Below the pieces are notes generated by a model. It worked only from the letters and a program-made list of their open reading frames with translations, searched no databases and was not told where the DNA came from. The position numbers were made by a program, and so were the translations under genes. Shown here in pieces: positions 1 through 11,965 of a DNA stretch of 64,000 nt (within the stretch, counting starts at the first letter, position 1; each line of letters opens with the position of its first letter). Origin of the DNA: Camelus ferus (taxonomy: Eukaryota); contig NC_045697.1 in NCBI RefSeq assembly GCF_009834535.1, positions 75,022,001 to 75,086,000 of the forward strand, in the 5' to 3' direction.

Positions 1-669
1 TACCTAAGATTGTGAGAAGAAATTCACTACAGTTCTCTATGCAAAATGCTTATTTTATCCTATTCTTGTTTTCCTTATAGCTATTTTAACTAGGGTAAAT
101 AATTTTGTTTTCCAGTTGTACAGAGACAGATATTTTTCCTATAGTTTTTTTTTTTAGGAATGCACATAAATAAGAAAATCACTTCTAGTGGCTTTATATT
201 GTCCTACTACATTTTTACCTCCTTAAGTTTCTGAATATTTGTAACATACTTACAGGTTAGTTGGAAATAGTTTCTGAAGAATGCCAGTTGCCTTTTCCCT
301 ATAAGATACTTCTTTCTTAGATGTTCAAAAGGCTTATGCCTTCATTTCTGTCTTCCTGGCATGGGAATGAATCGTCCTGTACTTTTCAGGGTCATATCCT
401 GAGTCATTTTTGTAAATGACAGATCACAAAGTCTATCTACTAGTCAACATCAGTTCTACAGTTTTATGCTTGAGTTGTTTCAAAATTGGACATATCTGTG
501 ATCTTGGTATTTGTCCATACCTGATTTTTATCAGTTAGGTCTGCTCTCTCTTGTGTATTTACCACTATTATATTTAACATCTCTACCTTTGCACCTTTAA
601 TGTAAAGGTCAGAAATTTTGAGGAATGGATATTTGCACAAGATTAAAAATTGGGACAGACTAGATACCT

Positions 670-920
670 CTGACTTTTTAGACTATACCATGGTGAAAAA
701 TACATTTTACATCACAACTCCAGACAGAAACACATGCATACACACACATGGATGAAATGAAGCATGATTTCATTAAACTATCCTTGCCCTTACTATATAT
801 GACCTATATGACACACTCAGATGTTCTCTCATATTATTTTATTAAAAAATGCTGGTCTCATGTAGATTGATTTCATGAGCTGTTTGATTTCATGCAAACA
901 GCTTAAAAAAACATTTGTCT
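670..920. mobile_element. Non-autonomous hAT/Charlie-type DNA transposon remnant (MER-type)
   Basis: Motifs AAATACATTTTACATCACAACTCCAG...CCCTTACTA...AAAAATGCTGGTCTCATG...TTGATTTCATGA...AAAAAACATT resemble recalled hAT-Charlie MER consensus; subfamily not assigned. Confidence 0.55.
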
Positions 921-993
921 AGACAACAGTTAAGGTTATTTATAATTATGGAATGCTGTCAGTCTGTGGTAAAGGACTTTTTAAGTTGGGCTA

Positions 994-1090
994 TTTTTTT
1001 TATTATGGTAAAATTCACATAACATAAAATATACCATTTTAACTATTAAAACATATAATTCAGTGGCATTTAATACACTCACATTGTGAA
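994..1090 (-). mobile_element. L1M (L1MB-like) 3' end fragment
   Basis: T-run followed by ATGGTAAAATTCACATAACATAAAATATACCATTTTAAC...TTCAGTGGCATTTAATACACTCACATTGTG, the antisense of an old L1 3' terminus. Confidence 0.75.
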
Positions 1091-2629
1091 TGCCTCTGTT
1101 CAACTTTGTTCAAGCAACTTCTTCCTGAAAATAGCTTCCAGTTTTCTTTCATGGTTTCCTCTTCCAGGCTTCTTCAAACCTTCCCACTTCAGTTTAACTG
1201 CCCTTATCAGGGCTTGAAGTGATTCCAAATAAACTTGTAAGTACATCTGGAAAGATAACAGAGTAACATGTAGATCTCTGGATAAATTTGTGGCTAAGGA
1301 AGCAAGTAGGGCTAAATATGTAAGACCGGACATGGTGTGTCCACAGAGATTTCTCAGGACAGCACCATACTGTTCTCATAATGCCGCTTAAGAAGCATGA
1401 AGAAATATGTCTGAGGAAAGGAATGCTTCTTTAATTATAATTCACTCCCTTTACATGAAAAGAATCAAGACACCTCATAGCATTTATGATGGACCTCTAC
1501 ACAGAGAAAAACCCACCCACTTGTCTTTATAATGGCTGGTTTTCATCAACCAAGTCTGATATTCGAATGAAATTTTCCTAGGAACTTTAAGACACTTGTT
1601 AGAGCTTGTTGGATGTCAAAGCCACATCCTGGTTTATGTGATGGCAAATGCTGGTGGATGAGGCCATGTAACAAGAGGATGGGAATGCCCTTTTACATAA
1701 TCCTCAGCAGTACACAAAATTACGTTTTTACTTATTCTATTGCTATGTGTAAATATTGTATTAAGTACTAGACATTGTATATAATGTAAGTGCTTGATGG
1801 CTTTGATTTTCTTTTCTTTTTGGCAAATATAGGCAAAAGAGGTTATTACTTTCCTTCTATCTGTAGGCTGCTTACTCTTTTCTGTACTATAAGTTCAGTA
1901 TTAGGTTTCCATAGCTTTCTTTTTATTGAAGTGTCACACTTCATTTTAACTTGAAAACCAATGTTGTGCTGTGTCTCAAAAGAAAAAAAAAAAAGCTTGA
2001 ACAAAAGGGCAATGGTTTTTATTGTAATAATTCTGAGAAAACCCAAAGAAATAGCACTCCTTTTTTGTTTTTGCCTTTCACTGTTGGTACTGCATGACAG
2101 ATGAGTCTGAACAACTATTACCAAGTCATTCCATTTCCATAATGTCATATGACTATATGTGCTTAAAAACAAAACAAAGAACTCTTTCCATTGGAAGCAT
2201 ATCGACACTGCCCTTAGTTTCTTCTGGATGCAGAGTGGTCCTTAGCTTGTCTCTTCTAGATAGATTCAAAGTTCCTGGCTTATGAAACTGACATAAAGTC
2301 ATAAATTTAACTTGCCTTCCAGAAAATTACTTCTGCAGAGAATGGACTCATTTTTGCTGCCTGCAGAAATCATTAGATGAATAATTCCTGTTTTGAAGGT
2401 TATGTTTGTTACAGGCTCTTCTGGGAGGTCTAGACCATTTTTCATAAGACAAAAACAGGACCTTGAGAGTACTTGCTAGTTGATGACGTTCCCTGCTTTA
2501 GTCTTCTTCATCCCTCCAGTAATTCTGTGCTGAGCATATCCCACGGTGATTTTCGTTGAAACCCCTTTTCAGTTGACCGTGCCAGAGTCTTTGGCTGATC
2601 TGGAAGATTTTGCCAGACTGACTTCATTA

Positions 2630-2770
2630 AAATTTTTTTCCTGATTATTAAAGCAATGAATATTTATCATGAGTATTTTTTAATATAGAGAAATAGAAGA
2701 AAAACTGGGGGGAAATATCACACATAATCCTTCTACCCAGAAGGAATAGTACTAAACTTTTGACCTAGTT
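2630..2770 (-). mobile_element. Old L1 (L1ME-like) 3' fragment
   Basis: TTTTTCCTGATTATTAAAGCAATG...ATAATCCTTCTACCCAGA pattern typical of ancient L1 3' ends. Confidence 0.45.
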
Positions 2771-3219
2771 CCTTCTTAGTTTGACTTTCTGCTGGATTGA
2801 TCCGCTGATCTACCACTGTTGAGAATTTTAAAGAATCTTCAAAAGTGTTGAGGAAAGGTCTTCCATTATCAGCCATCAATCATCTTAGGCCTTAAAATGC
2901 TACTTGTGAAGCTCATGGTATATAGTATTGAAATGATACTCCCATTCATTAACTAGAGAAAATGAGAGAAGTAGTGAACAGAGTTGAGATAAGAGAGCTT
3001 TCAAAAAGACTGTTTTATTCTTGGCAACCATATAGGTTACACTAACAAGAGTAAAGTACTACAGACAGAAAGAAATACTTGAAGGTTACTCTCTGTCTTA
3101 ATGTTATTATTTTGTGTAACAATGGCGTCAAGGAAGAAGTAGGGAGGGCAGGGTCTCCTGGACTGGCTGTTCTCATCTATTCCCATTGCTTTATCTCCTG
3201 TGTATATGTTGACTTAAGA

Positions 3220-3595
3220 GTGAATAGCTCCAGTCTTTTCCTCTGAGTTCTAGAATTGTATATCCAGTTATACGAAAGCAGATGTATTATCTCTCCATTT
3301 TCACCACCTTCAAAGGAAAAAAAGAATAAAAACCAAGCATCTATTTGTTTTGTTTTCTCTGTGTCAGTGAATTATGTCACAATCTATCCTGTAACTTAAG
3401 CCAGAAGTCTATCCTAGAATCTTTCTTTCCCTTCATATCCCCAAGTACAAGTCATTTTCAGATTTGATACAGTAATTGTTTCTTCATTACTTCATCTCCT
3501 TTACGATCACTACCCCTTGTCAATCACGTATTTTGTGTGTCTAGTAGCCAGCACAGTACCTTCCATATTAGTCATTCAGGAAATTTTTTTAGACA
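3220..3595 (+). mobile_element. LINE-2 fragment
   Basis: CTCCAGTCTTTTCCTCTGAGTTCTAGAATTGTATATCCAG...TGTGTCAGTGAATTATGTCACAATCTATCCTG...AGCCAGCACAGTACCT; degraded L2 body and 3' end. Confidence 0.6.
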
Positions 3596-4184
3596 TGATT
3601 ATTTTCTTGAACGTCATGATTTAGAATGTGAGCACTAAGAAGTCTCTCGTCCATTCTGATTTCACTGGAATGATGGAGGGACTCAAACTTCCTTGAGTCT
3701 GAGAGTGCCATTCTGGGATGTAACGTCATAGGGCTGGTTGGAAATTGGAAGAAGGTCGCTCAAATGGTTGAAGTAACAGAAGAAATAAGTGTAAAGTCAT
3801 GTAGTTTCTGGCAGAGGTCATTTAATGAAACTGGAAATTTTGTTCTCTCTCTTAGAGGCAGAAGAGAATAAATATTTTCCTAACAGGACAAACTAGATTA
3901 CTTTGTGTAAAAATCTAGTACTGACCTTGGGTCATATTTCTCTGCTTCTGTATGCTAGGAGACATTTGTAACACTAAAGGAAGATTGGTGCTTACAGAAA
4001 TTCTTATTTCAAAAGGAAGTAGCTCTCTATTTCTCTCTGCTCAGTGATACCTGTCCCTTGGATGCATAAAACCTACATCAGATACTTGTCTGTACTTGGT
4101 ACTATGTTCTGAAGAATAAGCAACCAGTAATGAAGAGAGCCATCTTTGGAAATATAAGTTTCACAATTCATAGTAGCAGGTGAG

Positions 4185-4390
4185 AAGGAAGGAATCTAAC
4201 ATCTATGATATACATTTATGTTAGCCATTTGCATATTTACTATCATTTTTAAATCTCTCAAGGTTCTGTTGAAATTAGTACTATTGTATACATCTTAGCG
4301 ATAGGTAAATCCAGTCTCGGAGACATTGAATAGCTCCCCCAGCTGGCATCAAATACAAATCAAAGGCTTTTCTCACTATATCATGGTGGC
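4185..4390 (-). mobile_element. MIR SINE
   Basis: Degraded MIR core (ATTTTTAAATCTCTCAAGGTTCTGTTGAAATTAGTACTATTG...AGACATTGAATAGCTCCCCCAG). Confidence 0.5.
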
Positions 4391-4464
4391 CCAAATAAAA
4401 TAATAATGATGACATAAATAACAATAACTACAATAACCAAAGCAAGGATACAGTGATGTATATT

Positions 4465-4690
4465 ATCTACAAGCCAAGAAGTGACTTTGCTGAATACTTT
4501 ATATGTATTAACTTACTTAATCATTTCACAGCCTCTGAGCTAGGTACTATCATTAACTCCATATTCCAGATGCAAAGATTGAAGATAAGAGTGCTGACAC
4601 AAGGTCACCCAATTATCAGCAGTAGAACTGAGGTTCAGGTACATACAATTCAATTCTGGGCCCCCATTTTTAAACACAGTGATATTCCAC
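4465..4690 (-). mobile_element. MIR SINE
   Basis: ATTAACTTACTTAATCATTTCACAGCCTCTGAGCTAGGTACTATCATTAACTCCATATTCCAGATG...ACAAGGTCACCCA...AGTAGAACTGAGGTTCA matches antisense MIR core. Confidence 0.75.
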
Positions 4691-5544
4691 TTCCTAGTAA
4701 TACATTAAAATCCATTAACTGAGCAACTTCCTTACTTTGAGGCATTAAAATAAATTCAAGTAATAAAAACACTTCAATGAACCAGCAACAAATAATACTT
4801 TCCAGTTTGAAGGGGAGCCTACATTTTCAGGCTAAGAAAGTATCCCTTTGTAGGTCATCCCTTAGCGAGAGTGATAGTAGTACCTGTGCAATGATGAAGA
4901 TTGCTCCAGTACAGAACTCCAGGCTTCTATCGCCATGATTCAAGTGAGAGCCTGAAATTTTGAGTAAATCTGGCAAGTTTTCCATCCTTCCCTCCTTCCC
5001 CTAACACTCGCAGCTTTACAACCATTTTCTGCTGTAAGACCAGGTCATACCTCACATGATTCTGTACCTCCCTTTTTCTAGCCCTACCTCTTACTGCTCT
5101 CCATCTTCTGAAATCTACATTGTGCACACATCCTGATTTTCTTCTGTGAATATTCCCTTTATCTTCTGCTATAGCTAAAACTGATTGTCTCTTTGATGAC
5201 ATTGCTTCTCCTGTAGCCCTCTACATGATGACTGGTTTCCTCCTTATCGTTGGGCCTAGAAATGGAAGAAGTACCATCCTTCTTATTGCTGCTCCCAGTC
5301 AATCCTCCCAACCTCTATTTAAACAAACAAACAAACACATCTTTGTATCTCATGTTATTAGATTCTGTCCTCCCCCCCCACCTCTGTTTGCCGTCATCTG
5401 CACTCTGGGATCCCTTCCTCTTATCCTTTAAAGATGTCAGCTCCCAGATTACTGACAGTGTCTTTGACATTATTCCTATTGAGAAAGTAATTTTTAAACC
5501 AGTCAAAGAATAGCCCCTGATATCTAGATGTTAGTCTGTGTTAC

Positions 5545-5670
5545 GTTTTTATCGAATTAAAATTAATAAACAATATTATATTAGTTTCAGATGTACAACA
5601 TAGTGATTCAGTATTTTTATACATTACAAGATGATCACCACAGTAAGTCTAGTTACTATATGCCACGTTA
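5545..5670 (-). mobile_element. L1MA9-like 3' end fragment
   Basis: ATATTAGTTTCAGATGTACAACATAGTGATTCAGTATTTTTATACATTACAAGATGATCACCACAGTAAGTCTAGTTAC. Confidence 0.75.
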
Positions 5671-5869
5671 CATTTTTATTGTATAATAAACAGTTTCACA
5701 GAATATCAACCTCAAACTCCGAGACTACAATAAAAGGAGAGCAAGTAAGTCTACTTCATAACTTTGTTTAAGTATAGACAAAAGCCAGATTACTGTACTA
5801 CCTCAAAATACCAAATATTTTTCTCTTTTGGGTAAAATAAGCAGTTACTACTTCTTTGCCAATCATAGT

Positions 5870-7216
5870 TTTAGCCTCTCTCTCTAGTCTGCCCTCCCTA
5901 GAAAGATTTATTGAGGTGCTCAGTTATAGAATTGCTTTCTGACAGCATACAACCTAGAATGACCCTAGCTTCCTTAATCCTTCCTCAATTCCTCACCCAA
6001 AGTCAAAATCCTGTCATTGGTTTTGCTGACACCCTTTTACTGAGACACGCTATAGTGTCTTTGTATTCTCTCTCATTGCAACAGCTGAGAACTCTGACTT
6101 ATTCAAATACAGATATGTTCTTGGTGAACTAGGGAGGGCATTAATGCTGTCAGGATTCTCGATGATATCAACATCAAATTCTGACCTCTTGACCCTGTAG
6201 TTCCTTAAATTCTTTTCCTTCAGTTACTTTTGTCTTCCACCTTACCACAGTCTCCCTCTTATTGCCATACTCTTGATCTTGCAATTATCTATAGATTTAA
6301 TCCATTCATGACCTTGATTTCATTTATCTCACTCTCAGACTACCTCCTACATGCATTCCTAGCTCATTTCTCCTAGTAACCCGAATCCAGCAACTCTCCT
6401 ATCACATGGAAATTTTCATTCAGTTGGTAATTTCACAGTTTCATTATCCCTCACCTTGTCTTATCTTCACATACATCATTATATGTCACTTTACAACTCA
6501 AATCCCATGGGCAATCATTTCAGTCAATTCCTTGCATAACTTTCAGTTCTTTTGCTTCTTACTCTCTTTGTCTTACTTACTTGGCTAAACCACCACTCTT
6601 TTTAAATCTGTCTTCCTCTTCTATGTCTGTCTGTCCTGCTGAATGCTGCTGGAAAAAAACGCAGAACTGTACTGATTGGTCTCACTTTCAATCCATGACC
6701 GCTGTTTGAAAGTGGCACGTTAATACTACCAAGCACTCCTACTACATTTTCTGCATTATTCATTCTCCTCTGTTTTCTGGGTTGTACTTCCTTCTCGTTT
6801 CTCAAACCTCCAAACCCTCTCTTTCATCCTTTCTTTCAGATGATTACCTAGCTTCTTATTTTACTAAGAAAATTGGAGTAATTGAAAGAGAATTTCCACA
6901 CATTTTCATTACCATGGAAACTTACTCACATACATCATATCCCTCATGTCTCTGCTCTCCCTCCTGTTACCAAAGAGAACTCATCATGATCCTTGTGAAG
7001 GTCCGTTCCCTTCCTTGTGCATCAAATTCCATCCTTTCTTTCAACTCAGGAATGTTGGATAGTCATTTCTCTCTCTCTCTCACTATTTTTTACCTCTACT
7101 TGATACATCCTTTGTATATCCATGTAAATATACTTTTGAGTTCTCCCATCTTAAAAACTGCTTTTTCTTCCCTCATTTCTTGTTACAGTTCATGTGCCAT
7201 TTTCCTCCTTCCCTTA
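5870..7216 (+). mobile_element. LINE-2 ORF2-region remnant
   Basis: Pyrimidine-rich sequence with L2 hallmarks (CCATACTCTTGATCTTG = HTLDL-like; GCTGCTGGAAAAAAAC; GATTACCTAGCTTCTTATTTTACTAAGAAAATTG; CCCATCTTAAAAA); explains ORF 6782-7228. Confidence 0.75.
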
Positions 7217-7402
7217 CGTGATGGTTAATTTTGTGTCAGCTTGGCTGACAGTGGTACCCAGATGCTTGGCCAAACATTATTCTGAGTGTTTCTTTGAAGG
7301 TACTTTAAAATGATACTTACATTTAAATCTCTGGATTTGAGTAAAGCAGGCAGAATTGATTACCCACTGGAGCTTTCAGAAGGAATACAGCCCTGCTGAC
7401 AT
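7217..7402 (+). mobile_element. MLT2 (ERVL) LTR 5' part abutting an MLT1 (MaLR) fragment
   Basis: GTGATGGTTAATTTTGTGTCAGCTTGGCTG...CCCAGATGCTTGGCCAAACATTATTCTG...GAGTAAAGCAG is the MLT2 start; CTGGAGCTTTCAGAAGGAATACAGCCCTGCTGAC is MLT1-like. Confidence 0.7.
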
Positions 7403-9099
7403 GGTGCAGGGGAGGTAGCCCTAGAAGCTCTAGGTTGACATGGTCTGTCAGGCTCAAGGTCCCTGAAGGGAATAAAGGGATTTATTTTTTCTATTCCTGT
7501 TCGTGTAAAAACTTCAGAAGAATTTTGATTAGCTTTATTGGATCTTGTGCCAACTTGTTGCATGATTACTGTCTAATGAGATGTGATGTTCTGACTGGCC
7601 CACCAGGATATCGTACCCACCCCACTCGTGTGGGAGGTAAGCAATGTGACTGGCATCTGTGTCAGGTGAGGGGAGAGTGGTTCCTGAAAAGAAACCTCTA
7701 GACAAAAAAAGAAAACCTAAAATGGTTCACTGTGGCCTTGAATCTTAACATAGCACAAACTGACAGTGCAGTCTCATTCTAATTGCGTTTTTGCCAGTAG
7801 TTGAAATATCAACACTTACTGAGAAGCAAAAATATCTTAGGGAAATTCAAGAATGGCTCTAAGGCACATGGGAGGACAAACAATATTGCAGATTTTCTAT
7901 AGACAGTTTAGCTCATTGCCTGCAATTAGTTTTAAAATTCCCAAACAGTGCAAAATTAAAAAATAAAATAATAATAAAAAGAATGCCCTTGTTAATACCA
8001 CTGTCATGAGCCACAATATAAATTTCAGCATCTGAAAGTTCAAAAACAATGTGTCTGAGCTGTTGATTGGATCTTCATTTTAATTTAATTTTTTTGCTGT
8101 GATTTTATTGTGCCTACAGTACCTTTAGGAAGATACTCTAGTTGCTTTGATGATTACTATGGTTTTGCTGATCATGAATAACACAGTCTTTCTTCCCCTT
8201 TACGTGTAAGATATAAAACATGACGTTGGAAGATATATCCCTCTACTTCACACAGGCCAGCACTATGGGCTGCATGGATGCCACTCTCCCCTGTTCCTTC
8301 TCTTTTGTGCACAGTATGACCTGAGGATAACAAATTATGGTCTAAAAAATACAGCTCCATATGGAGAGCCATCTGCACTGCCCTCTGTTTGGTCTTTCTC
8401 AGCTACAGCTGCACTTGTGTGTATAACCTTGCTGTGGGGCTCAGGGAGGCTGTTGAACTAGGAAGAGTTCATTGCTGCTCTCCATAGGGAATTCTTTGAC
8501 ATGCTTGGCTGCCTTCCATTCCAGGTGACAACCCCTGAAGTGTAACAGGCAGCCTTAAAAATATGCAAGTGACCTTCTGGTAACTATCTCTACCCATTTT
8601 CCCTGCTAGGCTTCAGTGCTTAATTACCAGTTTGCTGGAGTGCAACTCAGTCATAGTCATGCCTTGTTTTGCTTTTGGTACTTTTCTTCTGTGTTCATAT
8701 ACAAAGTTTTTCTTTACTCTTCTTTTTAGAGAGTAGTACTGAAATTGCCAAACATTTAGTATGTACAATTTGAATCTATTAAGTTGCATCATTATTGTAG
8801 CTAAGGAAAGACAACATGTTTTATACAATTGCCCTGCCATCTCTTCTTGTCATCCCTGCCATCTAAAGATGGTGGTTACTACTCTTCTGTCTTGTGTTAC
8901 AGCCACAGCTTATGTCTGCATAAGGAGACAACCCTCCTTTGCTTCTGCATTCTGTTTCTTCCTCAGGTTTGACTGAACTGAGCTAGGGTGGAGGCAGTGA
9001 GGAAATAACGGAGAAAGGCTGGTCCCTAGGTACGCACAGTCCTTATCCCATTTCAAGGTTAAAGGCTTATCTTCTGCTGTCATTTATTTTAAGTGGGAG

Positions 9100-9275
9100 T
9101 GGGAAGAAAGTACTGTACTGAGAGGCATGAGAACCTTGTCTCGGTTTTCTCCATAACTAGCTATGTAACCTTAGATGAGACTTTTAATTGCTCTGGGTTT
9201 CAGTTTCTTTTTTGAAAAAATGAGGCAGCATGCTTAGCTTATTTCTGAAGTTCTTTCCAGCTTTACATTACTGTG
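9100..9275 (+). mobile_element. MIR3/MIR SINE
   Basis: AACTAGCTATGTAACCTTAGATGAGACTTTTAATTGCTCTGGGTTTCAGTTTCTT...AAAATGAGG...TTCTGAAGTTCTTTCCAGCT. Confidence 0.75.
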
Positions 9276-11759
9276 TATTTAGGGCAGCACATTTTCTTTC
9301 ATTATGTTATTGATTTTAAGTTTTGTGCATATTTTTCCACTTTATGTTTGATCCAATTTAGGGTATACACAAAACATGGTGTCAGAAATTTCATTTTGAC
9401 ACTTTCCCTTTTATTTTCTCTGCTGGAAGTATAATTTTGATGGCCAAATTGAGTAATTGTTTTCACACATATTTTGTGTATTTTTCTTAATATTCTGCTT
9501 CCTATATGTTTTACAGAATTTCTACGTGATGCAAGTTCTTTTAGTTTGTTCATTTTTGAAGCAAACATTTAGAGCCTAATCTGCATGATCTTTAATTTTT
9601 TGTCAGCCCAGTCTGATTAGATGTCTTAAATAGGTTTTCCAGAATCTTATTTGGGGCATAATTCTTCCCAAATAAATAAGTAAATAAATCTTATGTGAAA
9701 ATAAGTATTATATGGAAATACATTATATTTGGGTAATGTTCTTTATGGACCAAGCCTGTACTCAAGAGAAAGGCAGAGAACCACATTCAGAATAATTTTG
9801 GGCTCAGTATGAAGGAGTGCAAATTGGTAGCGGCTTCTATGAGAGCAGACAACTGCATGGGCCTACTTCATGTGAAGGAAGCATCTGTGGCTGTAAACCC
9901 AACAGTTGGGCATTTTATGTTGACAACAGCTGTTGAAAAGGTAGGCTGAGCTGAAAGAATAGCTGAGTTGCCTTATTTTACCAGATAATATGTGCTTCTG
10001 CTTCAGCAGAGTTTGTTGTTGCCACGATGACATCATTAGCTGTTTTCTGCCCCACGTTGTGATAAAATCATCAAGGCACATGACATCCTGGTATGAAGAA
10101 GGGCTGCCAGTGAGAGTTTTAAATAATTTATTCATAAGTTTAAGTGTGCAAAAATAAGACTCATGTTACTAATGAGGGAGCAATTTCTGGGTCGAGGGTT
10201 AGAAACACAGAAGAGTAGTAATTCGTAGGAAGCTGAAGTGTATCTTTCATTAGATAGTTTTTATAGTAGCCCAGGCAACTGTGTTTGGGGGAATAATTCC
10301 TCTGCTTTGGAAGACCTGATGATCTACTGAAAAAGTTTAAGTTGAGTTCTATTATTTCAAAGGTTAGTTTCTTGCTGTTTTCAATCTAACTATAGAACTT
10401 TATGTTCATGTAAATACTTCTGTGTTATAACCTGTGAAGCCTACTCACATACCCATAGTTTACTAGTTAAAATCAGCAAAAGAGGAAAATTATTAGCTTT
10501 TCTTCAAATTCCTGACAAGATTATAAAGTAGGGTTAGGGGAATGTCTGCCTTTGAAAAACATTGTTGTGCATCTCAAAAGTGAAAACGTGCTTTTGAAGA
10601 GCTTTCAAGTCCATTCTGCACTTTAATGGAGTAGGTGCAGGAATGTTGCTGGACTAAGAAGTAGGCTAGGTGGATTACTTCTGTCGGTCTGAACTGTAAA
10701 GGAGGCTAAGACATCATTACAGTTGCTAAAATATTATGGAATATGTAAGAAGATATATCAAATTATATTTCTAAATCATTTCTAGTAAAAACATAGTTGA
10801 AAGTAAACTTTCATTAGCCATTTGAGACATGAAATCTGTTGTCCCTAATTTGCATCTAAAGGAGAGTGACAATTAACTGTAGGGCTACTATTTTCCTAGA
10901 AGTAGACTATGCAGTTGGGAACAGAACTTGACTGAGACGTTAGCGGAGAAGCTGGGGAAAGCCACAAGAGGGCTACTTTTCTGTTCTTTTCTCATATAGT
11001 ATTCTGTGTCTTGTTGAAATAAATGCTAACTATTTAAAGTGTGTCACTCTGAAGGAACAACAAAGTATTAGTCTGACTCAGGTACCCACAGCAATGTTTT
11101 AGTATATGTGCTGCCAAAGCGAGCACTCCACAGCAATACTTACTTGGAATCCTGTCTTTAAGCAATTGAAGATGATTACTATTTTTTGCTATTTGCATAT
11201 CTTTCTGTTCTTCCAGCTTGAAGTTGGGAAAGCCAAACCCTGGCAATACGTTTACATAGTTTGCATTTGCTCTGTCTTTACTATCTGCTTGACCACCTTC
11301 GAGTTGGCAAAAAAAGTCCCTCCTTTTTCTTGTGATGATGACCTTGTGTTCCCTTTGGTTCAGTTGAGATCATGAGCTCTTCTTAGGCAATGACTGGGAT
11401 CCATGTTTGCTGCTGCTTTGCATTCCTTAAGCCCAGCCCTTGTCTGGTTGTGCTTGATGATACTTAGTGACTGACTGCATGTACATGTGAGTGAAGGGAA
11501 TAAGTGCTATTGCTTAATACAGTACCAATTGTTACTCATGTATCAAGATAAACAAGGTAAGTCACTGAGCTTTTATTAAATTTATAAATGATTTTGTTCT
11601 TATTCTTACCCAGTCTGTTTAAAAGTTTTACATGTAACTTTTCACATTTATTTCAGTATTCACCATTAGTTTACCTTAGACTTTACTCCTGGTGCTCCAA
11701 AACTCTTTAGGTGGTATTTCTTTTCTATGTTTGGTTATAGGGAATGCAACTGTGTTCAT

Positions 11760-11965
11760 GATGGGAAAAAGTCTGCACTTGGAGTAAGAAGACATGAGTT
11801 TAGGAACTCGCTGTGTTACTTTGTACCAGTTTACTTACCATCTTTATACCTATGATAATATTTGACATGCCTGTGATAGAGAGTAAGTGAAGAAATTAAA
11901 GTATATATATATATATAATTTAATATTTAATATATGCATATACTTTGTAATATTTAAAGCACTAA
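11760..11965 (+). mobile_element. MIR SINE (degraded)
   Basis: CACTTGGAGTAAGAAGACATGAGTTTAG...ending in TTTGTAATATTTAAAGCACT. Confidence 0.5.

Noticed and set aside
3690..4150. Possible CR1/L3 remnant
   Set aside because: Only a faint resemblance (AAGTGTAAAGTCATG); too degraded to call without an HMM search
6782..7228. Longest ORF in the track (148 aa)
   Set aside because: Lies within a decayed L2 element, has a non-ATG start and a low-complexity Ser/Leu/Phe composition
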